Assembly: GCA_046569765.1 (NCBI GenBank)
Contig: JBKHWC010000008.1
Span: 4,280 to 68,279, forward strand
DNA: 64,000 nt
Origin: Alphaproteobacteria bacterium
Lineage (GTDB): Bacteria > Pseudomonadota > Alphaproteobacteria > Rhodobacterales > Rhodobacteraceae
Reading direction: 5' to 3'
Below the pieces are notes generated by a model that saw only the letters and a program-made list of their open reading frames with translations, was not told the origin of the DNA and did not search any database. Of this stretch, positions 55,584-64,000 are shown in pieces (position 1 is the first letter of the stretch; each line of letters begins with the position of its first letter). Made by a program: the position numbers and the translations under genes.

Positions 55584-58500
55584 CTACGCCACCAGCGCCT
55601 CGGCCTTCTTCAGATCGACGGACACCAGCTGGGACACCCCCTGCTCCTGCATCGTCACGCCGAACAGCCGGTCCATCCGCGCCATGGTCACGGCGTGGTG
55701 CGTGATGATCAGGAACCGCGTTTCCGTCCGCCGGGTCATCTCGTCCAGCAGGTCGCAGAACCGGGTCACGTTGGCATCGTCCAGCGGAGCATCCACCTCG
55801 TCCAGCACGCAGATCGGGGCGGGGTTCGCAAGGAACACACCGAAGATCAGCGCCAGCGCCGTCAGCGTCTGCTCGCCCCCGGACAGCAGCGACAGCGTCG
55901 CCAGCTTCTTGCCCGGCGGTTGGCACAGGATCTCCAGCCCCGCCTCCAGCGGATCGTCGGATTCCACCAGCACCAGCCGCGCCTCGCCGCCGCCGAACAG
56001 ATGGGTGAACAGGGTCGAGAAATTCGCGTTCACCTGTTCGAAGGCCGTCAGCAACCGCTCCCGCCCCTCCTTGTTCAGCCCCGCGATCCCGGCGCGCAGC
56101 TTCTTGATCGCCTCTTCCAGATCCGACTTCTCGCCCGCCAACTGGTCATATTCCGCCTCGACCGCCTTGGCGTCCTCTTCCGCCCGCAGGTTCACCGCGC
56201 CCAAAGCCTCGCGCTGGCGCTTCAACCGGCTGACGTCATGGTCCAGCGTCTCGGCATCCGGCATCTTGTCCGGGTCGGTGCGCAAGGACGTCAGCAACTC
56301 GTCGGGAGTCCGGTCGTCCTCCTCGGCGATCCGCTCCGCCGCCAGCGCCACGCCCTCCCGCGCCGCATCCAGCCGCGCCTCGGCCCGGGCCCGCGTCTCA
56401 CGCGCCTCGCCTGCCAGCCGTTCCGCCTCGCGCTCGGCCATCGCCGCCTCGCGCAAGCTGCCCTCGGCCTCGGCCAGCGCGTCCGCCGCCTTCCCCCGCC
56501 GCTCCTCGGCCTCGGCAATCGCCTCGACCAGTTCGTCCCGCTTGGCCGCGATCTCCTCGGGCGCGAGCATCGCCTCGGCCAGTTCCTCCTGCGTCTCGGC
56601 CCGCCGCTCTGTCAGCTCCTCGGTCCGGCGGCTGGCCGTCTCCAGCCGGTGCTTCCAGCCCGACAGCTCCTTCGTGGCCTCCTGACGCCGCCGCACCCGC
56701 GCCTCGCCCTCGCGGCGCACCTCGTCCTGGGCCGAGCGGCGAGTCATCATGGTGATCCGCGCGGCTTCCACCGTGATCTTCGCGGCCTCCACCGCCCCCC
56801 GCGCGGCATCCAGATCGCCAAGCTCGGCCGCCGCCGCCTCGGCCTCGCGCAGCCGGGCCCGCGCCGCCATCGCCTCATCCTCGAAGCGGTTGACCGCCAG
56901 CTTCGCCGCCTCCAGCTTGCCCGCGGCGATGGATCGATCCGCCTCGGCCCGCGCCAGCGCGCGGTTCGCCTCGGCCAGACGCGCATCCGCCGCCCGCCGC
57001 GCATCCCTTGCCCGCTGATCCGCCGTCGCCAGTTCCGCCAGCCGCGCCTGCAGCGCCTCATGCGCCTGCCGCGCGCCATCGGCCCGCGCCGCCACGTCCT
57101 CAAGGTCGCGCTTCAGCTGCACCAGCCGGTTCAACTGCTGCAACCGCAGCGCCGCCGCGCTTGGGGCATCCTCCGCCCCCGCCCGGAACCCGTCCCAGCG
57201 CCAGAGATCGCCCTCGACGCTAACCAGCCGCTGCCCCGGCCGCAGGCTGGCCTGCAGGACAAACCCCTGCTCCCGGCTGACCAGCCCGATCTGCGACAGT
57301 CGCCGCGCCAGGACTGCCGGGGCCTTCACCCGCGCCGTCAGCGGCTCTGCCCCCGAGGGCAACGCCTGCGCATCCTCGTAAGGCGGCAGCACCGCCCAAC
57401 CCGACCGCGCCTCGCCCTCGACCTCGGGCGAGCGCAGGTCATCCGCCAGCGCCGCGCCCAGCGCCTTCTCGTATCCCGGCTCCACCTCCAGCCGGTCCAG
57501 CAACTGATGCCCGGCCAAAGCCTCGCGCTCCACCAGCCGCGCCAGCGCCGCCACCTCGGCCCGCAAGGCCGAAGCCTCGCCCTCCGCCGCCGACCGCGCC
57601 GCCCGCGCCTCGGCCTCGCGGCCCTGCGTCTCGGCCCGCGCCGCCTCGGCCGCCTCCAGCGCCGCTTCGGTCGCCTCGCCCTCGGCCAAAGCGGCTTCCT
57701 GAGCCTCCTCGGCCGCCTCGAAGGCCTCGCCCGCCGCCTCCAGCGCGCCCGCCGCCGCCGCCACGGCCTCGCGCGCGGCAGAGGCCTGATCCTCCGCCCG
57801 CTCCAGCACCGACCGCGTGTCCGCCAGCATCCTTTGCGTCGACTGATGCCGCGCCGCCAGCCGGGCCGCATCCTCGGTCAGCTCGGCCAGCGCCGTCTCG
57901 CGCTCCGACAGCACCGCCCCGGCCTCGCGCGCGGCCTCCACCGCCTCGGCCAGTTTCTCCTCATGCCCGTCATGGGCGCGGGCAAGCTGCTCGATCTCCC
58001 ACTCCAGCCGCTCGATCACCTCGCCCGCGTCGCGGTTCAGCCCCGCCTCGCGCTCCATGTCGCGGGTCAGCTGTTCGATCCGGCCCTTCAGCGCGTCGAT
58101 CTGGGCCAGCGCGCGCGCCTCCTGATCGCCCAAGGCATCCCGCTGCAACACCAGCCGCTGCAGGATTGCGCTCGCAATCGCCTCCTCCTCGCGCTTCGGC
58201 GGCAGCGCATCCTCCGCCGCCTCGCGCGCCTTGCCCGAGGCGCGCGAGGCCGCCTCGGCCTGATGCTGCGCGATCAGGCGTTCGCGCAGGGCCGCCTCGG
58301 CCTGGACCCGCGCCTCATCCGCCTCGCGCCAGCGCCGCCAAAGGAGCATCCCCTCAGACTTCCGCAACTCCTCCGAGATCTCGCGATACCGCGCCGCCTG
58401 CTTGGCCTGCCGCGTCAGTACGGAAAGCTGTTGCGCCAACTGCTCCAGCACGTCATCGACGCGCAACAGGTTCTGCTCGGCCCCCGACAGCTTCAGCTCC

Positions 58501-59039
58501 GCCTCATGCCGCCGCGCATAAAGCCCGCTGATCCCCGCCGCCTCCTCCAGCACCCGCCGCCGGGCCTTGGGCTTGGCGTTGATCAGTTCCGAAATCTGCC
58601 CCTGCCGGACCAGCGCCGGGCTGTGCGAGCCGGTCGAGGCATCGGCGAACAGCATCTGCACATCCCGCGCCCGCACCTCCTTGGAGTTGCAGCGATAGGC
58701 CGACCCCGCATCCCGGGTGATCCGCCGCACGATCTCGATCTGATCCGAATCGTTGAACCCCGACGGCGCCAGCCGGTCCTGGTTGTCGATCACCAGCGCC
58801 ACTTCGGCGAAATGCCGCGCCCCCCGCGTCGCGGCGCCGTTGAAGATCACATCCTCCATGCCCCCGCCGCGCATCGCGCTGGGCCGGTTCTCGCCCATCA
58901 CCCAGCGCAGCGCCTCCAGCAGGTTCGACTTCCCGCAGCCGTTCGGACCCACGACGCCCGTCAGCCCCTCATGGATCACCAGATCCGTGGGGTCGACAAA
59001 GCTCTTGAATCCATTCAGCCGCAGCCGGGTCAGACGCAC
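55584..59039 (-). CDS. smc: Chromosome segregation protein SMC
   Basis: Walker A GPNGCGKSNLLEAL, long Ala/Glu/Arg-rich coiled coils, signature LSGGEQTLTALAL, Walker B ICVLDEVDAPLD. 1151 aa. Confidence 0.95.
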   Translation of the reverse strand: MRLTRLRLNGFKSFVDPTDLVIHEGLTGVVGPNGCGKSNLLEALRWVMGENRPSAMRGGGMEDVIFNGAATRGARHFAEVALVIDNQDRLAPSGFNDSDQIEIVRRITRDAGSAYRCNSKEVRARDVQMLFADASTGSHSPALVRQGQISELINAKPKARRRVLEEAAGISGLYARRHEAELKLSGAEQNLLRVDDVLEQLAQQLSVLTRQAKQAARYREISEELRKSEGMLLWRRWREADEARVQAEAALRERLIAQHQAEAASRASGKAREAAEDALPPKREEEAIASAILQRLVLQRDALGDQEARALAQIDALKGRIEQLTRDMEREAGLNRDAGEVIERLEWEIEQLARAHDGHEEKLAEAVEAAREAGAVLSERETALAELTEDAARLAARHQSTQRMLADTRSVLERAEDQASAAREAVAAAAGALEAAGEAFEAAEEAQEAALAEGEATEAALEAAEAARAETQGREAEARAARSAAEGEASALRAEVAALARLVEREALAGHQLLDRLEVEPGYEKALGAALADDLRSPEVEGEARSGWAVLPPYEDAQALPSGAEPLTARVKAPAVLARRLSQIGLVSREQGFVLQASLRPGQRLVSVEGDLWRWDGFRAGAEDAPSAAALRLQQLNRLVQLKRDLEDVAARADGARQAHEALQARLAELATADQRARDARRAADARLAEANRALARAEADRSIAAGKLEAAKLAVNRFEDEAMAARARLREAEAAAAELGDLDAARGAVEAAKITVEAARITMMTRRSAQDEVRREGEARVRRRQEATKELSGWKHRLETASRRTEELTERRAETQEELAEAMLAPEEIAAKRDELVEAIAEAEERRGKAADALAEAEGSLREAAMAEREAERLAGEARETRARAEARLDAAREGVALAAERIAEEDDRTPDELLTSLRTDPDKMPDAETLDHDVSRLKRQREALGAVNLRAEEDAKAVEAEYDQLAGEKSDLEEAIKKLRAGIAGLNKEGRERLLTAFEQVNANFSTLFTHLFGGGEARLVLVESDDPLEAGLEILCQPPGKKLATLSLLSGGEQTLTALALIFGVFLANPAPICVLDEVDAPLDDANVTRFCDLLDEMTRRTETRFLIITHHAVTMARMDRLFGVTMQEQGVSQLVSVDLKKAEALVA

Positions 59040-59222
59040 GGATACCTCACGAGTCGCAAGGCCCGATGTTCCCGCCCCTTCCGGCCAGAGTCAACCAAGC
59101 CCCCCAGCATCTCGCCCGGCCCGGCGGTTATCCCCAAGATGTTGCGGCTCCGGTCCGCCCGGCCCTTTCCTTTTGCCCTGAATTCCCTAGGCTCTGCCGA
59201 CCAGCGGCCCCAAGGATGCGCC

Positions 59223-59576
59223 ATGCTTCACGCCCTGACCCTCATCCTGACGACGCAGCTTGCCGGCGAAATCGTCGCCCGCGCAGCCGGGCTTCCGGTT
59301 CCCGGCCCGGTGCTGGGCATGGTCGCCCTGACCACCGCCTTCGCCCTGTCGCCCCCCTTGCGTGAGGCGATGCGCCCCACCGCCCAGGGCATCCTCGGCC
59401 ATCTGTCGCTGCTCTTCGTTCCAGCGGGCGTCGGCGTCGTCGGCAACCTTTCGGTGCTGTCGGGCATGGCAACCGGCCTGGCCCTGGCGATCGTCGCCTC
59501 GACCGTTCTTGCCATCGCCGCAGGCTCGCTGACCTTCGCGCTGGTCGCCCGGCTGACGGGGGCCCAGGATGACTGA
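59223..59576 (+). CDS. lrgA: CidA/LrgA family holin-like protein
   Basis: 117 aa with 4 hydrophobic helices. It is the 3' end of the spurious 1293-aa ORF and overlaps lrgB by 8 nt. Confidence 0.8.
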   Translation: MLHALTLILTTQLAGEIVARAAGLPVPGPVLGMVALTTAFALSPPLREAMRPTAQGILGHLSLLFVPAGVGVVGNLSVLSGMATGLALAIVASTVLAIAAGSLTFALVARLTGAQDD

Positions 59577-60288
59577 CGTCGCCGAGATCTGGAGCTACCT
59601 GTCCCAGGGCCCGCTGCTCTGGCTCACCGCGACGCTGCTGGCCTATGCGCTGGCGGACGCGATCTTTCGCGCCGCGGGGCGCAGGCCCTATGCCAATCCG
59701 GTGCTGCTGGCGGTCGTCTTTCTGGGGAGCCTGCTTTGGCTCACGCGGACGCCCTACGCGACCTATTTCGAGGGCGCGCAATTCGTCCACTTCCTGCTCG
59801 GCCCCGCCACAGTCTGCCTCGCCCTGCCCCTGGCCGACAACCTGCACCGGCTTCGCCGTACGCTTCTGCCGGTCGCCGCCGCGCTTCTGGCGGGCTCGCT
59901 GACCGCCATGGCCTCGGCCCTGGCCATCGCCCGGGCCTTCGGCGCCGATCCCGCCCTTCTGGCCGCCCTCGCCCCGAAATCCGCCACCGCCCCCGTCGCC
60001 ATCGGCATTTCCGAAGGCCTGGGCGGCGCGCCCACCCTGACCGCCGTCCTGGTGATCCTCACCGGCATCACCGGGGCGATCATTGCCACCCCGCTCTTGA
60101 ACCTCCTCGGCCTGAAGGACTGGCGCGCGCGCGGCTTTGCCGTGGGCGTCGCCAGCCATGGCATCGGCACCGCCCGCGCCTTTCAGGTGAACCCCACCGC
60201 CGGGGCCTTCGCCGGCCTCGGCATGGCGCTGAACGCCGTCCTCACCGCCGTGCTCGCCCCGGTCGTGGTCCGGTCCTTCCTGCCGTGA
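59569..60288 (+). CDS. lrgB: LrgB family protein
   Basis: 239-aa polytopic protein. PKSATAPVAIGISEGLGG motif. Paired with lrgA. Confidence 0.85.
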   Translation: MTDVAEIWSYLSQGPLLWLTATLLAYALADAIFRAAGRRPYANPVLLAVVFLGSLLWLTRTPYATYFEGAQFVHFLLGPATVCLALPLADNLHRLRRTLLPVAAALLAGSLTAMASALAIARAFGADPALLAALAPKSATAPVAIGISEGLGGAPTLTAVLVILTGITGAIIATPLLNLLGLKDWRARGFAVGVASHGIGTARAFQVNPTAGAFAGLGMALNAVLTAVLAPVVVRSFLP

Positions 60289-60373
60289 CCGGCCACCCTT
60301 CCCGGAAGCCCCGCCCACCAGACCTTGTCCTGATCCCCCGCACCCCTACCTGAGCGCAAACGGAAAGGCCCCC

Positions 60374-60910
60374 ATGCTCACCCTGCTCGGCATCCCCGGC
60401 GCCCTGCGCGCAGCGTCCACCAACCGCCTCCTCCTGGCCGAGGCCCGCCGCGCCTTCGGCGAAGCCCAGCATACCGAGGCCAACCTGCGCCTGCCCCTCT
60501 ATGACGGCGACCTCGAAGAAGCGCAGGGCATCCCCCCAGGGGTCCAGACCCTCGCCGACCAGATTGCCGCCGCCGATGCGGTGGTGATCGCCACGCCCGA
60601 ATACAACAAGGCCCCGCCCGGCGTGCTGAAGAACGCGCTCGACTGGGTCAGCCGGACCAAGGGGGCGCCGTTCCGCGACAAGCCGGTGGCGATCATCTCC
60701 GCCGCCGATGGCCGAGGCGGCGGCGACCGCAGCCAGTTCGCACTGCGCCTGATGCTGACACCCTTCCGCCCCCGACTCCTGACCGGGCCCGAGGTTCTGG
60801 TCGCCGATTCCAGCCATGCCTTCTCGCCCGAAGGCCGCCTGATCGACCCCCGCTACCAGAAGGCCCTGGGCGACCTCATGCAGGCCCTGCGCAACGAAGC
60901 CAGCCGCTAG
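60374..60910 (+). CDS. NADPH-dependent FMN reductase family protein
   Basis: GALRAASTNRLL and ATPEYNKAPPGVLKNALDW motifs. 178 aa. Confidence 0.85.
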   Translation: MLTLLGIPGALRAASTNRLLLAEARRAFGEAQHTEANLRLPLYDGDLEEAQGIPPGVQTLADQIAAADAVVIATPEYNKAPPGVLKNALDWVSRTKGAPFRDKPVAIISAADGRGGGDRSQFALRLMLTPFRPRLLTGPEVLVADSSHAFSPEGRLIDPRYQKALGDLMQALRNEASR

Positions 60911-60914
60911 ACCC

Positions 60915-60935
60915 CGATTTTTCGCAGAAAAATCG
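60915..60935. terminator. AT-rich 9-bp perfect hairpin between convergent genes
   Basis: cgatttttc-gca-gaaaaatcg. It fills the 28-nt gap between the stops at 60910 and 60939. Confidence 0.3.
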
Positions 60936-60938
60936 TGC

Positions 60939-61973
60939 CTAAAGCAACGCCTCCACCCGGAACCCCTCCGGCACCCCGTCGCGGCCCTCCAGCACCAGGT
61001 CGGCCATCACCTCGGCCACCTTGGGGGCCATCCCGAAGCCGATCTTGAACCCCCCGTTCGCCACGAAATGCCCCGCACGGCCCGGCCATGCCCCCAGAAC
61101 CGGGGCCCGGCTCACCGCCCGCGGCCGCACCCCGGCCCAGCGCGCCACGACCGGGGCCCCCGCCAGCACGGGCACCGCCGCGACCGCCCGCGCATGCAGA
61201 CCCTCCAGCTGCCCATCCGGCCCCGGCTCGACCCAAGAGGTCTCCGAGGTCGACCCGACCGCCACCGTCCCGTCCGCATGGGGCACGATATGCAACCCGT
61301 CGACGAAAAGCTGCGGCTGCTCCCGCGCCTCGAACTGCAAGGCCAAGGCCTGCCCCTTCACCCCCGACCCGACCTTCCGCCCCAAGGCCGCCGACAGCTC
61401 CTCCAGCCCCTGAACCCCCGTCGCATGGACCACCGCGCCCGCCTCCTCGCCCGCGCGCAGCACCTCCGCCCCACGCGCCAGAAGCGCCGCCTCCAGCGCC
61501 GCCAGGGCCATCCGGGGCGACAGCCGGGCGGAAAGCGTATCCTCCACCAGCCAGCCCGAAGGCGAGACCGGCTCCCACGCCGCTCCCGTCACCGGCACGA
61601 CCCGCCACCCCGCCGCGCCCCGCCACAGCTGCGCCGCCGTCTCCGCCCGCCGCCGCGCCAGCTCCACCGCCGCCGCATCGGCCAGGGGCTGCAACCGCCC
61701 GCCCCGCGCATAACCCGAGGCCACACCGCCGCCCGCCTCCACATCAGCCCACCAGCCTTGGGCCATCAGCAGGCTCTCCAGCTGGAACACCTTCTTGCCG
61801 TTCCACGCCTCTGGCACATGCGGCGAAAGCGCCCCCACCAGCCCGCCCGAGGACCCCGCCCCCGGCCCGAAGGGATCGATGACCCGCACCCTTGCGCCCC
61901 GCCGCGCGCAGGCCCAGGCGACCGACATCCCGAAGATCCCCGCCCCCCGGACCGTCACATCCACCCTTGCCAT
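60939..61973 (-). CDS. FAD-dependent oxidoreductase (MnmC oxidase-domain-like / DAO family)
   Basis: VTVRGAGIFGMSVAWA dinucleotide fold. Divergent from the mnmD-like gene. Confidence 0.8.
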   Translation of the reverse strand: MARVDVTVRGAGIFGMSVAWACARRGARVRVIDPFGPGAGSSGGLVGALSPHVPEAWNGKKVFQLESLLMAQGWWADVEAGGGVASGYARGGRLQPLADAAAVELARRRAETAAQLWRGAAGWRVVPVTGAAWEPVSPSGWLVEDTLSARLSPRMALAALEAALLARGAEVLRAGEEAGAVVHATGVQGLEELSAALGRKVGSGVKGQALALQFEAREQPQLFVDGLHIVPHADGTVAVGSTSETSWVEPGPDGQLEGLHARAVAAVPVLAGAPVVARWAGVRPRAVSRAPVLGAWPGRAGHFVANGGFKIGFGMAPKVAEVMADLVLEGRDGVPEGFRVEALL

Positions 61974-62018
61974 CGCCCCGCCCCGCGCCCATCACCAGTG
62001 GCGAAAGGACTACCCCCG

Positions 62019-62726
62019 ATGCCCGCAGCCGACCACCCCGAAGTCACCTGGCCCGACCTCGACTGGCCCGACCTCGACTGGCGCGACGACGCGATCCCGG
62101 TCTCGCGCCGCTTCGACGACCCCTATTTCTCGCTGGCGGGCGGGCTGGCCGAGACGCGCCACGTCTTCCTGACCGGCAACGACCTGCCCGCACGGTTCCG
62201 CGACGGCCTCCAGATCGCCGAACTCGGCTTCGGCACCGGCCTCAACCTCCTCGCCACGGTACTGGCCCACCACGGCCCCGGCCATCTCCACTTCACCAGC
62301 TTCGAGGCCTTCCCCCTCCCGCCCGAGGCCATCGCCCGCGCGCTGGACGCCTTCCCCGAGACCGCGCCGCTGGCCCCCGGCTTTCTGGCGCAATGGTCCG
62401 CCCAGACCGGCCCGGCGCGCACGCTCCGCTTCCCCGGTCTCACCGCCACGATCCTGATCGGCGACGCCCGCGAGACTCTCCCCGCCTGGGCGGGCCGCGC
62501 CGACGCCTGGTTCCTCGATGGCTTCTCCCCGGCCAAGAACCCCGAACTCTGGTCCCCCGAGCTGATGACCCAGGTCGCCCGCCACACCGCCCCCCGCGGC
62601 ACCTTCGCCACCTACACCGCCGCCGGCCACGTCCGCCGCGCCCTGGCAGACGCCGGGTTCACCGTCACCCGCCAGCCCGGCTTTGGCCGCAAACGCCACA
62701 TGACCACCGGCACCCTTTCGGCCTGA
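62019..62726 (+). CDS. mnmD: tRNA 5-methylaminomethyl-2-thiouridine methyltransferase domain protein (MnmD/DUF752)
   Basis: FDDPYFS, ELGFGTGLN and DAWFLDGFSPAKNPELWS motifs. The ATG at 62019 lies inside a longer spurious ORF. Confidence 0.8.
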   Translation: MPAADHPEVTWPDLDWPDLDWRDDAIPVSRRFDDPYFSLAGGLAETRHVFLTGNDLPARFRDGLQIAELGFGTGLNLLATVLAHHGPGHLHFTSFEAFPLPPEAIARALDAFPETAPLAPGFLAQWSAQTGPARTLRFPGLTATILIGDARETLPAWAGRADAWFLDGFSPAKNPELWSPELMTQVARHTAPRGTFATYTAAGHVRRALADAGFTVTRQPGFGRKRHMTTGTLSA

Positions 62727-62730
62727 CACC

Positions 62731-62754
62731 CGCAGGGCAGGCGATATCGCCCCC
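62731..62754. repeat. Second copy of the CGCAGGG-NN-GGCGATATCGCCCCC motif
   Basis: cgcagggcaggcgatatcgccccc, 5 nt after the mnmD stop. Compare 39367-39391. Confidence 0.45.
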
Positions 62755-62828
62755 TCCCCCCGCTCCCGGCATTGCCAGCCCCGGTTCCGCCGCTACACTT
62801 GCCCCAACCACAACAACAGGAGGTCCCC

Positions 62829-64000
62829 ATGCCCGACGGCAGTCCCCACACCGGCCGACGCAGCGTCGTCGTCTCGGAATTCACCAACAGCGTCCTCGAC
62901 CCCGCCGCCCCCATGCTCGGCCCGGTCGAGGATGGCGGCACCATCATCGCCAACACCGCCCCCGGCTGCTGGGGCCCGATGATCACCCCCCGCCTGCGCG
63001 GCGGGCACGAAGTCACCACCCCCGTCTACATCAACGGGGCCGAGCCCGGCGACGGCGTCGCCATCCGCATCCGCGACATCACCGTCACCTCCATCGCCAC
63101 CGCCTCCGGCCACGACAGCTCGCCCGCCGGCTTCTGCCTCGGCGACCCCTATGTCGCCGCCCGCTGCCCGGTCTGCGACACCCTCTGGCCCGAGACCCAT
63201 GTCGAGGGCATCGGCCAGGACGCGGTGAAATGCGACAAATGCGGCAACCCCGTCAAACCGTTCGAGATCGTGCACGGCTACACCGTCACCTTCGACGAAA
63301 CCCGCGCCGTCGGCCTGACCCTGCCGAAAGCCGCCGCCGAGCAGATCGCCCATGACGCCAACCACTACGCCGCGCTGCCCGACGGCAGCCGCCAGCACTC
63401 GATCCTGACCTTCGCGCCCTCGGACATGCCCGGCACCATCGTGCGGATGCGCCCCTTCCTCGGCCAGCTTGGCACCTGCCCGTCGATGGCCATGCCCGAC
63501 AGCCACAACGCCGGCGACTTCGGCGCCTTCCTCGTCGGCGCGCCCCATGCCTATGCCATCACGGCCGAGCAACTCGCCCAGCACAAGACCGACGGCCACA
63601 TGGACATCGACGCCGTCCGCGCCGGGGCGATCCTCGTCGCGCCGGTCAAGGTCAAGGGCGCGGGCGTCTACATGGGCGACATGCACGCGGGCCAGGGGGA
63701 TGGCGAGATCGCGGGTCACACGATGGACGTCGCGGGCAGCGTCACCCTTCAGGTCGAGGTGGTGAAGAACTACCCCATCGACGGCCCCGTCCTCTTCCCG
63801 CTGGCCGAGGACCTGCCCCCGATGGCCCGCCCCTTCACCGAGGCCGAGCGCGCCAAGGCCGCCCGCCTGGCCGAGCGTTGGGGCGTCCCCGCGCCGGAAC
63901 CCATGGCCCCGGTCTCGGTCATCGGCACCGCGGCGAACCTGAACGACGCGATCACCAACGGGCTGGAGCGCGCCGCGAAGCTCCTCGGCATGACCGTGCC
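62829..64000 (+). CDS. Acetamidase/formamidase (FmdA_AmdA) family protein, 3' end outside the window
   Basis: Absent from the ORF track because it has no stop in the window. Hand translation runs from the ATG at 62829 (AGGAGG 5 nt upstream) and gives GDMHAGQGDGEIAGHTMDVAG, which is typical of this family. The frame stays open to position 64000. Confidence 0.8.
   Translation, partial: MPDGSPHTGRRSVVVSEFTNSVLDPAAPMLGPVEDGGTIIANTAPGCWGPMITPRLRGGHEVTTPVYINGAEPGDGVAIRIRDITVTSIATASGHDSSPAGFCLGDPYVAARCPVCDTLWPETHVEGIGQDAVKCDKCGNPVKPFEIVHGYTVTFDETRAVGLTLPKAAAEQIAHDANHYAALPDGSRQHSILTFAPSDMPGTIVRMRPFLGQLGTCPSMAMPDSHNAGDFGAFLVGAPHAYAITAEQLAQHKTDGHMDIDAVRAGAILVAPVKVKGAGVYMGDMHAGQGDGEIAGHTMDVAGSVTLQVEVVKNYPIDGPVLFPLAEDLPPMARPFTEAERAKAARLAERWGVPAPEPMAPVSVIGTAANLNDAITNGLERAAKLLGMTV

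Noticed and set aside
55695-59576. 1293-aa plus-strand ORF, the longest in the track
   Set aside because: It is antisense to smc. Its composition is dominated by R/P/L/G/Q/H low-complexity runs, as expected for the reverse frame of a high-GC Ala/Glu/Arg-rich coiled-coil gene. Only its last 354 nt (lrgA, 59223-59576) look genuine.
61088-61882. 264-aa Pro/Ala-rich plus-strand ORF (also 61892..63355 and 60907..61626)
   Set aside because: These are extreme P/A/R or G/A low-complexity translations antisense to, or out of frame with, the FAD oxidoreductase, mnmD and formamidase genes. They are artefacts of GC-rich sequence.

Overview
This is a visibly high-GC, densely coding chromosomal segment. 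Gene content and protein sequences look alphaproteobacterial, probably Rhodobacterales-like, but that is inference and was not computed.

I can support about 66 protein-coding genes. I found no rRNA, tRNA, CRISPR array, IS element, integrase or prophage gene.

Main modules, in order:
1. Housekeeping genes: NlpC/P60 peptidase, M17 aminopeptidase, beta-carbonic anhydrase, asd, two MFS transporters.
2. A GH13 alpha-glucosidase convergent with a short-type cytochrome bd (cio/qxt-like) oxidase, cydAB.
3. A roughly 10-gene minus-strand galactoside utilisation operon. It carries an ABC importer, a GH4 alpha-galactosidase, De Ley-Doudoroff genes (SDR, dgoK, dgoA, SMP-30 lactonase) and a GH42 beta-galactosidase. 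An IclR regulator and the ABC ATPase are transcribed divergently.
4. trxB, lrp, pgeF, lgt, and a TauE/TIGR02186 pair.
5. A BMP-type nucleoside ABC importer plus purine nucleoside phosphorylase.
6. rimI, tsaB, nfu, a GlxA-type regulator and a universal stress protein.
7. A complete N-methylglutamate (NMG) methylamine pathway, gmaS-mgsCBA and mgdABCD. Its two halves are separated by a block of uncharacterised membrane proteins and an APC permease.
8. smc, lrgAB, a split mnmC/mnmD pair, and a partial formamidase-family gene at the right edge.

I see no convincing defence, toxin or mobile system. The observations most worth a second look are:
- an in-frame TAA that cuts off the N-terminus of gmaS;
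- an SDR whose catalytic YxxxK motif reads YxxxN;
- a tightly coupled module of three small membrane proteins plus a permease inside the NMG cluster;
- a 39-aa ORF with a strong SD in front of mgdA;
- two families of intergenic palindromic repeats;
- an FNR/FixK-type box upstream of usp;
- several perfect palindromes in divergent promoter regions.

All homology calls come from motif recognition by eye. No database search was run.
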